From Malacoraja senta (Eukaryota), in assembly GCA_038087875.1 (NCBI GenBank), contig CM075997.1, forward strand, positions 186,034-250,000: a stretch of 63,967 nt of DNA, in the 5' to 3' direction. The translations under genes were made by a program, and so were the position numbers. This document shows positions 13,871 through 27,510 of this stretch, piece after piece. How positions within the stretch are numbered: the first letter of the stretch is position 1; every line of letters starts with the position of its first letter. The notes beneath the pieces were generated by a model. The model did not search any database and was not told the DNA's origin. It worked only from the letters and a program-made list of their open reading frames with translations.

Positions 13871-14077
13871 GTTTAAGAAGGAACTGCAGATGCTGGAAAA
13901 ATCGAAGGTAGATAAAAATGCTGGAGAAACTCAGCGGGTGAGGCAGCAACTATGGAGCGAAGGAATAGGTGACGTTTCAGTCTGAAGAAGGGTCTCGACC
14001 CGAAACGTCACCTATTCCTTCACTCCATAGATGCTGCCTCACCCGCTGAGTTTCTCCAGCATTTTTATCTACCGCCG
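13871..14077. mobile_element. Fold-back Penelope-derived insertion with hammerhead core
   Basis: TSD GTTTGATCAT 13861-13870 / 14078-14087; hammerhead-like core 13982-14009. Confidence 0.85.
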
Positions 14078-14306
14078 GTTTGATCATTGTTGCTTGATAT
14101 TGACACCATCACACTCAAGGGCTTATCCATGTAAATCTTCAAGTCTGTCCAGTCCATCCATCTGATCTTGCCCTTCAGTCCGTTTACCTGTTTAGCTCTT
14201 ATAACCAACTCCCAAAGGTATTTCAAACAGTGCCGCTTGGAGTGTGTGTTAGCTTCGATTGCGTGCTCATTGTTCAGAGAAGAGGGTCAAGTCTGCGATG
14301 TTCTGA

Positions 14307-14703
14307 CCAAAGATCCTATAGCGGAGCAAGATAGACCACTCCTGCTAAATGCAATGGGCTGACGTGTAGTACGCAACGGAACGGAACGTGGGCCTTTTTT
14401 TCATCCATTTCCGTAACCGGACCCGACCCGACTCGCAGTGTAATCAACGTTGCGGGGGAACAGTTTGTGTAAATAAATTATAATTCTGAAAATGAGGAGA
14501 AGATTTTAACCAAATAACTTTTATTTTTACGAGGATGTTTCCGTAACTGGCTTCCGTCTCCGCACTAGTATCCTATGGGATCTTTGGTGCGGAGACGGAA
14601 GCCGGTTATGGAAATGGGGCCTTAAATTACCCATGAATCTGCCCATGACCGTACTACGTCTTTTTCGTCGAGTGGACTATCTTGCTTGCTATAGGATCTT
14701 TGG
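14307..14703. mobile_element. MITE with ~35-bp TIRs and 6-bp direct repeat; superfamily unassigned
   Basis: CCAAAGATCCTATAGC.../...GCTATAGGATCTTTGG; TTCTGA at 14301-14306 and 14704-14709. Confidence 0.8.
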
Positions 14704-17700
14704 TTCTGACTTCAACATGTGGGTGTTTCACTCAACCACAGCCAAGCCCCCTATGCCCCGCAGCAGTTTATTGGCCGTCTAGCCTTTTCTCCAGTACAAA
14801 CCAGTCGTTTGCTCAAGACTAGATAACATTATGCTTACTGACGCTGAGCAAATGGAGGTGACTTTTCTCTGGAGCCCCTCCCCATCTCACCACTCCACCC
14901 CCAGTGAAGTCCGTCTGTTTGAGTAATTCTCATGCCAGAATGTCACAGATTCATTTAACTTGTGAAACTTACACCACACGCACCCACCAGAGGATACAAT
15001 TAGATTATGTCTTCAGCTGAAACTGAAGCCATTAGTTCCACGCTGACGCAGAAAGTGCTTTTGAAATAAAAATTATAACCAAAAAAAAATAAAAATTTAA
15101 ATCGCACCAATCAATTCAGAACCAATACAAATGCTCTATTCTATTTAAGTTGCCTATAGAAAGTGGCAAGCTAGATTCACATCAGATCTTGGGACACTGA
15201 AGAGTGGTAACCATGTGGTTGATATCCTCAGCGGGTAAAAGAGAGGGAACAACCAGGACCACGAGTTTGATGTTCAAAATATCGACTTAAGACGACTTTA
15301 TCCAGTGAATTTTTGAAGAAACAGGACAGATTTGATTAGACTTTAGAGATACAGTGCATAAACAGGCCCTTCAGCCCATCAAGCCATGCTGGCTAGCCTA
15401 AACACTAGGGACAATTTTACTATTTTTACCAAAACCTATTAACCTACATATCTGTACGATTTGGGCACGTGGGAGGAAACTGGGGCACCCGGAGAAAACC
15501 CACGCGGTCACAGGGAGAATGCACAAACTCCCTACAGATGGCACCCATAGTCTGGGTCTCTGGCGATGTAAGACAGCAACTCTACCCCTGGGCCACTCAC
15601 TAGAGAACATGAACAGGTGATATTTTGGATCCAATGTTCCAGTGAGATGCTAGTACGTTAATTAACCAAAAATTAACTTTTGGTGTAACTGGAAGAACAA
15701 AAAATTGATGCAATTGCAGGGATAATGGGGAAAATGAGAGAGGGAATGGGATTAAAATGGAGACGCAAGAAATGGTAGATGCTGGAATCTTCATCTAAAT
15801 ACGAAGTGCTGGAGGACCACAGCAGATCAGGAAGCATCTGTGGAGGGAAGAGTCTGAAGAAGGGCCCCGACCCAAAATGTTACCTGCCCATTCCCTCCAC
15901 AGATGTTGCCTGACCCACTGAGTTCCTCCAGCACTTTGTGTTTTGGGGGGAGCAGTATTGATGGGATTGTTCTACTGAGAGTTGGCATTGACCCCAAGGG
16001 TCATATGACCTTGGATGCTATTATAATAATGAAAGCAACAAAACAAATGCTGGTCGTTAGGTTTAGTTTCCCTTCTATTTTGAAGGAACTGTCGCACTTT
16101 GATAGCGAACAGAGTACTGCAGCATTTCTTTTAGCGTGATGCAACAAAAGGCTCACTCTACAGTAAGACCCACCTAGATTACTAATTTTGCTCCAATTAC
16201 CAGAGCCTCACCAGGGGAAAAACAAGCTCCCAGATGAGAGAAAGAGCAGTTTGAGGAACAGACGAACAAGGAGCAGATCTCTGCGCAGCAACAACAGGGC
16301 CAGATGCTCTCACCTTTTAATGCCCCGTGGCACCTTGCTGTGTCACCTACTGAAGTCTGCAAAGCTCAGCTAATCCGGTACAATACAAAAAAGCTGCTCC
16401 ACATAGGGCAGCAGATGGTTGCCATGGCTTTACACCCCCCCTCTCCCCATCTCCCCTTACAAACAAGAGACAACAGATGACATGAGGTCTGAAATGAGAC
16501 GCCTCATTTTCTCAACTTCAATTCACACCAGCAACACATTTACCTGCATAGGATGCCAAGGATACAAGTGCGGTAATTCGAATATCACTGTACTTTAAAT
16601 GGTACACGTGACAATAAAAGACCTTTGAAACCTTTGAATTTCAATCAGGAGGCAGATTGCAAGGTACAAAATGGTTAGTTTTCTAATTTCCAGAGAGTAC
16701 AACTGTCGCGCAGTGTATACTGATTGGGGATGATCAGCCATGATCACATTGAATGGCGGTGCTGGCTCGAAGGGCCGAATGGCCTACTCCTGCACCTATT
16801 GTATATTGTCTATTGCCCATCCACCTTCAAGTCACTTATTCCCCCCCCCCACCCCACCTCTCTCTCTCCCTCCTCTAAACTGCTATCAAATCACCTGTCA
16901 ACCCTCCAATTTAAATTCAGAGTTGCCAGCTCTTGTCTGGATGTACAGGAAAGAACTGCAGATGCTGGTATATACTGAAGATAGACCCAAAATGCTGGAG
17001 TAACTCAGTCTGAAGAAGGGTTCAGACCCAAAACGTCAACTATTCCTTTTAGTTTAGTTTAGATTAGAGATACAGCGTGGAAACAGGCCCTTCGACCCAC
17101 CGAGTCTACATTGACCAGTGATCCCCGCACATTAACACTACCCTACACACACTAGGGACAATTTAAGGGCCTGTCCCACTTGGCGATTTTTTCGGCGACA
17201 TATCAGTGTCGCCAACAGATTTCGAACATTTCCAAATCCAGAAATCAGCTACTCAATCCTTTGCCCCCGACAGTGGCCCAGTTGCCAGTGTAGACCTGAC
17301 GGACTGAAGAGGCTCTTTCTATACATGCTGTACCACTATAACATTCATCCTCTCCCCAGTGCATTGAAAATGTTTCCTTCAAATATCTATCAAAGTCTCC
17401 TTTTAAAAAGAGATCACAATTGAATCCACTTTCACTACCCTTTCAAGCAGTATGCCAGCTCGCTTTAATAAAAGAAAAACTCTCCTTCCAGTCATCCCCT
17501 GCCAGCGAACCTCTTGACAATTACTATGAATCTGTCTTCTTGTTAACAACCCACCTGCCGGCAGAGCAAGATTTTCCTTCAGTATCTTTGACACCCCTTC
17601 ACAGTTTCCAACCGAATCTTCTCTTTTTTGCCTGTTCTCTCGATGGCTACAGTCTGAGCTGCTACAAGATGCAATCCTGCTGCTCAAACTATTCAAGTAA

Positions 17701-18423
17701 CACGGTAAATACACTCACAGTATTTTGCTCAACAGCTGTGTAATGGGTAAATACTGTACAAGGAGCAGGTCATTGGAGTGAAGGATCCCTGACTGAACAT
17801 TTGCCTTCCAAGTGACAGTATTGAGGACGCTACCAAGTCATGGAGACAGAGCTATACAGCACAGAAACAGGCCCTTCAGCCCATCAGGTCTGCACTGATA
17901 GCCCCTTCAGCCAAACCATCAATTACACATATACTATCACTTGGCAAGACACTTATTGTGCAAGTCCAGGCTGGTGTATATGCACCTCAAATATGTTGTG
18001 AGGACCTGCTTCCACACTCAGAGTTCGTTCATTCTAGATTGCAACATTTAATTGGGGCAGGGTATTAGCAAATAATGTGACTTTGGCAAGTGGGAGGCTT
18101 TTTTAAGTGAGATAGAGGGAGTGGGCTAAAATGAAAAGTTCTTCCCAAGACATTAATTCCCATCACCCTAACACATGTCCTCTAGAGCTTGACATGACTG
18201 TTTTTGGGTAAAGTTGTCTCCTCTCGTCTACGCCCCCCCCCCCCCCATAATTTTGTTAATGTCATCAATCCAAAATTGATGAATCTACCAGTTTTACTTT
18301 CTATTCCCTCAGCGTGAACACTATAGACGACCAATCCAATTTTGCTCACATCACACAGCTCGGCACAAAGAGTCAGACAGCATGGAAACAACTCATTGGT
18401 CCAACTCATCCAACCGTACCATA

Positions 18424-18722
18424 GGGCGATCACGGTGGCGCAGCGGTAGAGTTGCTGCCTTACAGCGAATGCAGCGCCGGAGACCCGGGTTCCATCCTGA
18501 CTACGGGTGCTGTCTCTATGGAGTTCTGCGTGGGTTTTCTCCGAGATCTTCGGTTTCCTATCACACTCCAAAGACGTCCAGGTTTGTAGTTTAATTGGCT
18601 TGATAAATGTAAAAATTGTCGCTAGAGGGTATAGGATAGTGTTAATGTGCGGGGATCGCTGGTCAGCGCTGACCCGGTGAGCCGAAAGGGCCTGTTTCCG
18701 CGCTGTATCTCTAAACTAAACT
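18424..18722 (+). mobile_element. tRNA-derived V-SINE (HE1-like), full length
   Basis: A box TGGCGCAGCGG, B box GGTTCCATCC, V-domain, CR1-like tail and (CTAAA)n. Confidence 0.85.
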
Positions 18723-18810
18723 ATCATCATCCTGAGCTACATCCATTTTCCTGTATGTGGACCATATCCCTCTAACCTTTTCCTATCCACGTACCTGCCC
18801 AAATGCCTTC

Positions 18811-19439
18811 TAGAAACAGAAACATAGAAAATAGGTGCAGGAGGAGGCCATTCGGCCCTTCGAGCCAGCATTGTGATCATGGCTGATCGTCCCCTATCAA
18901 TAACCCATGCCTGCCTTCTCCCCATATCCCTTGACTCCACTAGCTCCTAGAGCTCTATCTAACTGTCTCTTAAATCCATCCAGTGACTTGGCCTCCACTG
19001 CCCTCTGTGGCAGGGAATTCCATAAAATCACAACTCTCTGGGTGAAAACGTTTTTTCTCACCTCAGTCTTAAATGACCTCCCCTTTATTCTAAGACTGTG
19101 GCCCCTGGTTCTGGACTCGCCCAACATTGGGAACATTTTTCCTGCATCTAGCTTGTCCAGTCCTTTTATAATTTTATATGTTTCTATAAGATCCCCCTCA
19201 TCCTTCTAAACTCCAGTGAATACAAGCCTAGTCTTTTCAATCTTTCCTCATATGACAGTCCCACCATCCCAGGGATCAATCTCGTGAACCTACGCTGCAC
19301 TGCCTCAATCACAAGGATGTCATTCCTCAAATTAGGAGACCAAAACTGTACACAATACTCCAGATGTGGTCTCACCAGAGCCCTGTACAACTGCAGAAGA
19401 ACCTCTTTACTCCTATACTGAAATCCTCTTGTTATGAAG
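18811..19439 (-). mobile_element. CR1 LINE 3' fragment
   Basis: [36 protein letters not shown]. Confidence 0.9.
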
Positions 19440-19919
19440 ATAACAATTTCTGGTTGATGTAATTGACCCTGCCTCCATCACTTCCTCTGGCAACTCATTC
19501 CATAAACTCACCGCCTTCTGTGAGGACAACTTGCCTCCCAGGTACTTTTTTAATATTTCTCCTCTCGCCTTAAACCTGTGCCCTCTAGTCTTACACTCCG
19601 CTAACCTGGAAAGCATCTGCTGAAGCTAGAATAAAATGGGAAAGAAGCATTGAGGAAAACTCTGCTGATGGAGCTAGAAATGCAGATCGGACCATATGTC
19701 CTTGAGTGATGAACAGTGTTAGTTAAGGGAATGATGGAGACAGTGATCCTGCTTTTTCTGATTGATGGGAGCATTGACAGTTCATAGAGCAGTTTGGAAG
19801 TGGATGCCAATTTGTTTAAGTGGTGCAAGGCTGCCAAGTACACAGTACATTAGGGCAACTGGACTACTGTGGGAATCCAATCGAAGATGAGCAGCTCGAT
19901 ATATGGTTCTGCAGCAAGG

Positions 19920-20620
19920 CACAAACAAGCCACAAACCAGCCCCTCCCCAGGAACTTTCCCCTGCAACCACAGTAGATGCAACACCCGTCCTTGTACCTT
20001 CTCCCTAAACTCCAGCCAGGGGTGGCGACAGTCCTTTTATGCCAGGCAGAGGTTCACTTGCGCCCCCTTCAACCTCATCCATTGTTCTCGGTGTGGGCTC
20101 CTATATATATCGGCCAGACCAAGCGCAGACCGGACAATTGGTCACTTACACTCAGTCCACCTTGGCCTACGGTTGCCAAACACTAACTCCACTTCTCATT
20201 CCCAAACTGACCGTACCGAGCTGGCCTTCTCCGCTGTCAGTGTGAGGCCACACTCAAATTGGAGGAACAGCACCTCATACTTCACTAGGGCTTACAACCC
20301 AGTGGAACAAATGTTAATCCCTCCGATTTCAAGTAACCCTTGCATTCCCCGTCTCCGACCCTCGTCGTCCTACCAGTTCCACTGTTCGCATCCTGGTATT
20401 CCTTCACTATCACCTCTTCCCCAGCCAACAATGGACCACTATGGGCTCCACCCTTCTTTGTACATCTGTTGATGGCCCTGCTTTGTTCTGGACTTCTCCC
20501 AACTTCCAGTTCCCTCTACTTTCAGTCTGAAGAAGGGTTCCGACCCGAAATGTCATCCATCCTATTTCTCCAGAGATGCTGCCTGACTCGCTGAGTTACT
20601 CCAGCACTTTGTGTCTATCT
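19920..20620 (+). mobile_element. Old degenerate Penelope-like GIY-YIG fragment
   Basis: PGTFPCNHSRCNT..RFTC..NLIHCSRCGLLYI; pLTR-like end. Confidence 0.75.
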
Positions 20621-21061
20621 TTGATATTTGTGCTTTTGCTAATGGCTCCTGAAAGAATAATTTCATAGAGATACTCATGGCTTTTTTTAGGTTTTTCGTT
20701 AAAAAAGCGGAAAGCATGTGTTTATGCTTTTTAAGAACATGAACCATGTTACAACTACTGATGCACCACTGTATCAACCCACCACAGTTAGAACATTATT
20801 CACCAATAATACAAATGCTATTTTTGCTATCCTTGACATTTGTCGAAACAGAACTCACAGCCGTAATGTTGCAAGAAACTTCTTTTGTGCGCTATGTTAC
20901 AAAACTCAGAAAAGTTGACATTCATCCAGTCTCGTAGTGAGAGCCACATCCGTAGCCCACAATTATTGAACGACTAGCTGCAAATGTTTAACTTTCTAAA
21001 ATGGAGCAGGTCTCCTATTTCTCCAGAGATGCTGCCTGTCCCGCTGAGTTACTCCAGCATT

Positions 21062-21195
21062 GAGGTGGGAGATTGCAACCTTCACGTGGTCCGCCCCATT
21101 TCGACTAATGCAATCAACCCGACGTGCACAAACAAGATCAAATAGAACAAGTTGACCTACAACTTTAGGCTGTGCACGCCGTACACAAGAAGAAG
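21062..21195 (+). mobile_element. Short HDV-ribozyme-headed retroposon (copy 1, mildly decayed)
   Basis: 11-bp TSD ACTCCAGCATT 21051-21061 / 21196-21206; collinear with 60594-60735; (AAG)3 tail; interrupts a Penelope-derived repeat. Confidence 0.85.
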
Positions 21196-22822
21196 ACTCC
21201 AGCATTTTGTATCTATCTTCGGTGTAAACCAGCGCCTGCAGTTCCTTCCTGCAACAGGTCTCCCACTTTTGTTCCCTTTGCATCCCACACCAAACATAGG
21301 CTGAAAGGGAAAAAGCACTGGAAGGCTCCTGGGACCCGAGGCCATAAATAAGAAGATGAAAGCCAAATGTGCTCAGAGCATCGAACAGGCCATTCAGGAA
21401 CAGGCCATTCGGCCCACAATGTCTGTGCCAAACATAATGCCAAGACAAACTAATCTGATCTGCCCGATTTCATCCCACGTGATACACGTCCCTCCACCCC
21501 CATGTACCTTCCAAAAGCCTCTTAAATGTTACTATCGTATCAGCCTCCACCACCACCCCAGGCACCCACCGCCCTCGATTAGAAATTACCTGCCCTATAC
21601 ATCTCCTTTAAACTTTGCCCCTCTCACCTTAAAAATATGGCCTCGAGTCTTTGACTTTCCCACCGCGAAAAAAAAAACCCACTAATTTATTTTGGGCGAA
21701 TATCCACAATAGTAACGGCCATGAACGTTTCTGAAAGTATCACAGGCACATCAATACTCTCTGTGGAGAAATAACAGTGAACACCTTATCTTGAAATCAA
21801 ATACTTGACAATTCAAGACTGCTCAAGGAAGTCAGAAACCACTCGTATTGTTCCATCAGTTCAACTACATTGCAAACCAGTTGCACATGAGAAATAGACA
21901 CAGTATGGCCTGCAGAGAGATTTAAAATCAGCAACGTACTAGTCACGAGCTACTAATCCATACTTGCTCACTGGAGAGCTGTAAAGTTTAAAAGGAACAG
22001 ATTTGAAGAAAGGCAGATCATAGCATTATTGATACAGAACATTTCAGTACGTTGCATTAAAAGAGATACCGAAAAAGTTGCAAAATATTTTGCAAATGAG
22101 TAACGACTGTAACTTTGTCAATTACAATGTTGGTACAATTCAATGCAATGTGTTAAAGACAATTACTAAAACACTACACTGTGTATTCTTGGTGACTTCC
22201 ATGAGCTCTCCCATATAATCTATAGTTATACAGAGACATTTCCTACAAAGTGCCTTTATAAAATAAATTCAGTTCATTTCCACAACCACACACTTTCATG
22301 AATCTACACGGTACAAAAGCTGGTTCTCAATCAGATTGGTGCTGCCATAATACGAAAATCAGCCTGAGATCCCACATCAAGTGAAACAGGCTAAAATGAA
22401 ACACCCTCTGGGTACAGGTTTCGCCAGTTTCAATCTATGATGTGAATGGAATCATTATTCACAATATCTACTAGTGTGTCCAAACCCTGCACCTTTCTCA
22501 TAAATACATGGAATTTAGAGCAGCAAAATAGGTAGTTGTGTGCCAATATAGACCCCTAAACTATCCTAGTCTCCATAGGAAAGCAGTAGAGAAGTATGAA
22601 AATGATTTTTAAAAATCAGGTGAAACAAGAAGGCTTTTATTTAAAATAAAATATTTAATCAACCATTCAGTTACTGCAGCATAAGCAGACTGAGATTAAA
22701 GCAAGGCATTAATTTAACAGTAATGCATTTCAAACCATTCCGCTGCAAGAGAGAGCTCTATATTTAGCTTCTGCCGTGTAGGCCTGCACTAAAGCTGAAA
22801 GCCTCACAGTCCAAGAACTTAC

Positions 22823-22995
22823 CAGTACAAAACTGCAGCAGGGAGCTGGTGTCATACAGCCCGCCATAGCCAGGGATTCGATCCGCCATTCCCCCCTTTT
22901 CTTCCAATCTTTTCAAAAAGAAAATACCCAAACAAAAGCTTTTCTTCGTCCTTATTTCACTTTCTCCTTCTGCAGCCTCCCATTACCATAGCAAC
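22823..22995 (-). promoter_or_regulatory. Possible alternative non-coding first exon/promoter with RFX X-box
   Basis: ATTACCATAGCAAC 22982-22995 (13/14 to the X-box consensus); minus-strand donor G|GTAAGT at 22823/22822; lies in a TE-free block. Confidence 0.35.
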
Positions 22996-25900
22996 CAGCT
23001 CACTCCAGCTCCTTCACATGCCTTTGAATGGGGAGAAAAAAATCCTCAATGTCTCTCGCACTGAAAAATTCATGTAGATGCATTTCCAACAGCTTTTTTT
23101 GTAGGCATTAATCCTACTTTATTCCCCTAAATAAAACACAATTGAGGATTAATTATTAAATGCTATTCCTTTAAAAAAAAGGCTTATTACAGCACACCTA
23201 AAGGATGTGTTTCTCTTCCCCAAACTCCAGTTCTCATTGCTCTCGACCATCATAGAGAGTTTATTGGTCCAACACTTCCATCTGAGGCTTATTTATTAAC
23301 AAGCTCATCCCTTACTTTGCCTCCCATCAGCCAATGAATTTCCACTACCCTCATATACAGCCAAATAGCTGATAAACTAGGCATGAAATCGAATTAAACC
23401 AGGGTAGCTTGATAAATGGTATTTGATGACAACATTCAACCCATTGAATGTTCGGGCTCAAACCTTTTTTATTTTGAGGCTGGTGTCATGAGTTAACTAT
23501 TCAAAGCCCAGATCATCTGGAGTAATTGTCTCATCATTAGGAAACAGATAGCGACAATCAGTGGTGATTAACATTAATTTCCTTTCGTGCTTTCTTGTTT
23601 GTTTGTGTTTGTTGATGTCCCTGATTTATAAATAGTGACAACCTTGCTGAAATGGAACGTGAACAGTCAATGTTACAGAGTGCGATACTGCTGAGGCAAC
23701 ATAAACCATTGAACTGAGGAACTGGGGCAAGGGGGAGTGAATGATTACTGCTGATTTTGTTGTTGTTGCTGCTTTTGTTTCAGCCCATCACGCTGTTGAC
23801 GTGTGGAATTACCCCCCCCCCTTCCCCTCCCCCACTTGGCAGGCTACCACTACAATGCTGCCAGCATTACAAAATAAAAACCCGAACTAGGGGGAAGAAA
23901 GTTGCCAAGAGTTAATCAGACTAACTTTTCCCCCCATTGCTTCACCAGCAAGATTCCAAGAACAGACTGCAATGTGACAAAAGTACTGGAGGCGTCTTCG
24001 ACAGGACTCATGAATTAGATAGTGCTCCTGCTCTCTATTTTAGACAATGACTTGCTGGAGTGGTTCAGGCATGTAGGTGATACCTCCTGCAGTTAAATAG
24101 CCAGATAATAGCCATCTACTTGACTGAAACCATCTTACTTGACTGAAGTGTCAGTTGGTCAACAATAACTTCTATGGAGACACAAGGAACTGCAGATTCT
24201 GGTTTACAAAAAAGACACAAAGTGCTGGAGTAACTCAGAAGGGCCAAGCAGCATCTCTGGGGAACATGGATGGGTGAAGTTTCAGGTCGGGTCCCTTCTT
24301 CAGACATTGTAATTAAGGGGAGAAGGCTCTGGGCAGGCTTTGTCCCACACACACATCTCTTCCAGCTTTCTTCACTCGACAACAATCAGTCTAGAGAAAG
24401 GGACAAGGAAAGAGCGTTTATGTCACGGCCCTGTTTCCACCAATCTTCCCACCAACACGCACGAGAAACGACAAGACAGACACCATTGTATGCAGATGCC
24501 GAGATGTGTGTTCAGCTCTGGCTGAGCAAATTCTAATCTTGTGTGTGGACTCGATAAGAAGAAGAGTCTAGAGAAGGGTCCCGACCCAAAGTGTCACCCA
24601 TCCATGTCCTCCAGAGATGCTACCCGACCCACTGAGTTACTCAGGAATTTCTATGGGCTGTCTTTGGTTGCACTACGGAGTTTTTGGATTTTTATGCACC
24701 AATATTATGGTTATTACTTATTGAATCTTTGTTTACTTACAGATGCAAGTAACATTTTTATTGTTCCGTTGTCAGTACATATGAAAATTAAACATTCTTA
24801 GTTTTAGTTTAGTTTAGTTCATGGATACAGCATGGAAACAGGCCCTTCTGCCCACCGAGTCCGTACCGACCTGCCATCCTCACACACTAATACTATCCGA
24901 CACACACTCGGGACAATTTACAATTTTTTACTGAAGCTAATTAACCTATAAACCTGTATGTCTTTGGAGTGTGGAAGGAAACTGGAGTACCTGGAGGAAA
25001 CACATGCAGGTCACAGGGAGAGCGTACAAACTCCATACCGACAGCACCCGTGGTCAGGATCGAACCCAGGACTCGAGAGTTGTAAGGCAGCTACTCTACC
25101 GCTGTGCCACCATTCTTGATTCTTGACTCTTGATGTACACAAATATATGTATTTTAGCAAAAAATGAATGGCTCCAGGAATAGTGTACAGGAGGAAAATA
25201 TGGTGCGTTTAAAAAAACAAATCAAATCCTTTTAAATCTATAAAATGGTGACAAGATGGTGATGTAGATTATCCGTGGATCAGCAGCTCGTGCCTTTTCC
25301 AGTCATTAGTGTGCATTGACTTGCTGCTGGGAGGTGCAAGTTTGTGAACACCTTGATGATGAGAATGATCAAATTCTGTGGTGACCGCGATCTAAAGCCT
25401 GCCAACACTCATTATCAGGTCCTAGACAGGTAAAGGAGAAGCCTGGGGTGCAGTGATGAGACTTGACTCCAAACAGAGTTAGCACCTTTGGGAGATGTAG
25501 GAAGAATAAAACAAAGGCAACAAAAATAAATATTACCGGAAGATCAGGAATCAACAAACTGCTGCGATCAGTTTTTAACATCAACTCTGTTTCCCTTCCC
25601 TTGGATGTTGTCTCACCAGCTGATGTTCCCAGCAATTTCTGCTGTGGTAGATTTTTTTCCTAAAATTAAACTTTAAGAGGAGTGCAAAATCTCTTTCGAC
25701 ATTCCCGGCGGCTATACATACATTCACTAGCGTTACATTTGGTACTGTTCACAAACTTATACATTATACTAGGCAGCCTTTCCACTCATGGGGTGGAAAG
25801 AGGGGTTATACAGGAGGAAATTCGTTCATTTTGAAATTATTATAAGCGGGAAGGAGAGGGGGAATCATTTTTGTCTTTGTGATGTTAGCTATCTCTGTTC

Positions 25901-26537
25901 CACATATCCCATTTCCCATGCACATGTCACCTGACCTGACGAGAACAGGCCCTTCGGCCCAACTCACCCGTGCCCTATAAAGTGTTTCCAGCACATTTAA
26001 TTTTCAGTTCAGATTTACTTAGCAGCTAGGTTTTGAAACATGAATTTAATGACAAAAGTAGAAGTGTATTTATTCAATATTTATAATATAAAAAGGCGAG
26101 TGGGAAATAAAAAATCTTATCTCTATCAAGTACGGTAAATAAAAAAAGCTTGGGACCGTTGATACAATTAATTAATTAGTTGCAAAAAATAATATTTTCA
26201 TCAACCCTCATCATAGATCCCAGACTGGGTGTCAATCCATTTTATAAAGATGAAGTTTTCTTAATTTTAAACATGGAAAATATTCTTATTTTATTATCTG
26301 GAGGAGGAACATTATTATTATTTATAGGAGGAACAGCACCTCATATTTCGCTTGGACAGCTTACAACCCAGCAGTATGATTATTGATTTCTCTAACTTTA
26401 AATAACCCTTGTTTCACCTCTCTCTCCATCCCTCCACCACCCTAGTTCTCCGACTAGTTTCACTGTCCTCCTGATTAATTTTGCTGACTGTACGCCTCCT
26501 TGTCACCTTCCCCTCACCCAACAAAGAACCAATCTAA

Positions 26538-27510
26538 GGTACACAAAAATGCTGGAGAAACTCAGCGAGTGCAGCAGCAGCTATGGAGCGAAGGAAATAG
26601 GCAACGTCTCGGGCCGAAACCCAGAAGGGTTTCGGCCCGAAACGTTGCCTATTTCCTATAGTGGAGATTGTTCAACTCTTTACATGGAGCGAAGGAAATA
26701 GGCAACGTTTTGGGCCGAAACCCTTCTTCAGACTGATAGGGGGTGGGAAGAAAGGAAAAAAGGAAAAAGGCGGAGGAGGAGCCCGAGGGCTGGGGGAGGG
26801 GAGGAGACAACCAGAGGGCTGATGAAGGGGAGGGGACAGCAAGGGCGAGCAGAATTGGGAGAATTCAATGTTCAAGCCCCCAGGATGTAGACTGCCCAAG
26901 CGGAATATGAGGTGCATTTCCTCCAATTTACGGTGTTGCTCGCTGTGGCCATGGAGGAGACCCAGGACAGAGAGGTCAGATACGGAATGGGAGGGGGAGT
27001 TGAAGTGCTGAGCCACCGGGAGGTCAGGTTGGTTATTGCGGACCGACCGGAGGTGTTCGGCGAAACGATCGCCAAGCCTCCGCTTGGTCTCACCGATGTA
27101 GATCAGCTGGCATCTAGAGCAGCGGATGCAATAGATGAGGTTGGAGGAGATGCAGGTGAACCTCTGTCGCACCTGGAACGACTGCTTGGGTCCTTGAATT
27201 TAATCGAGGGGGAAGGTGAAGGGACAAGTGTTGCATCTCTTGCGGTTGCAAGGGAAAGTACCCAGGAGGGGGTGGTACAGGAGGGAAGGGAAGAATTGAC
27301 AAGGGAGTTACGGAGGGAGCGGTCTTTGCGGAAGGCAGACATGGGGGGAGATGGGAAGATGTGGCGAGTGGTGGGGTCACGTTGGAGGTGGCGAAACTGA
27401 CGGAGGATCACTTGTTGTATGTGACGGCTGGTGGGGTGAAAGGTGAGGACTAGGGGGACTCTGGCCTTGCTGTGAGTGGGGGGATGGGGAGAGAGAGCAG
27501 TGTTGCGGGT
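26538..27510 (-). mobile_element. Penelope-like element 3' fragment with rearranged pLTR
   Basis: ORF 26672-27172 [22 protein letters not shown]; near-identical to the 53.8-kb copy. Confidence 0.9.

Noticed and set aside
18424..18505. tRNA gene (A and B boxes)
   Set aside because: Runs directly into the V-SINE core and LINE-derived tail; it is a SINE head, as are the other copies.
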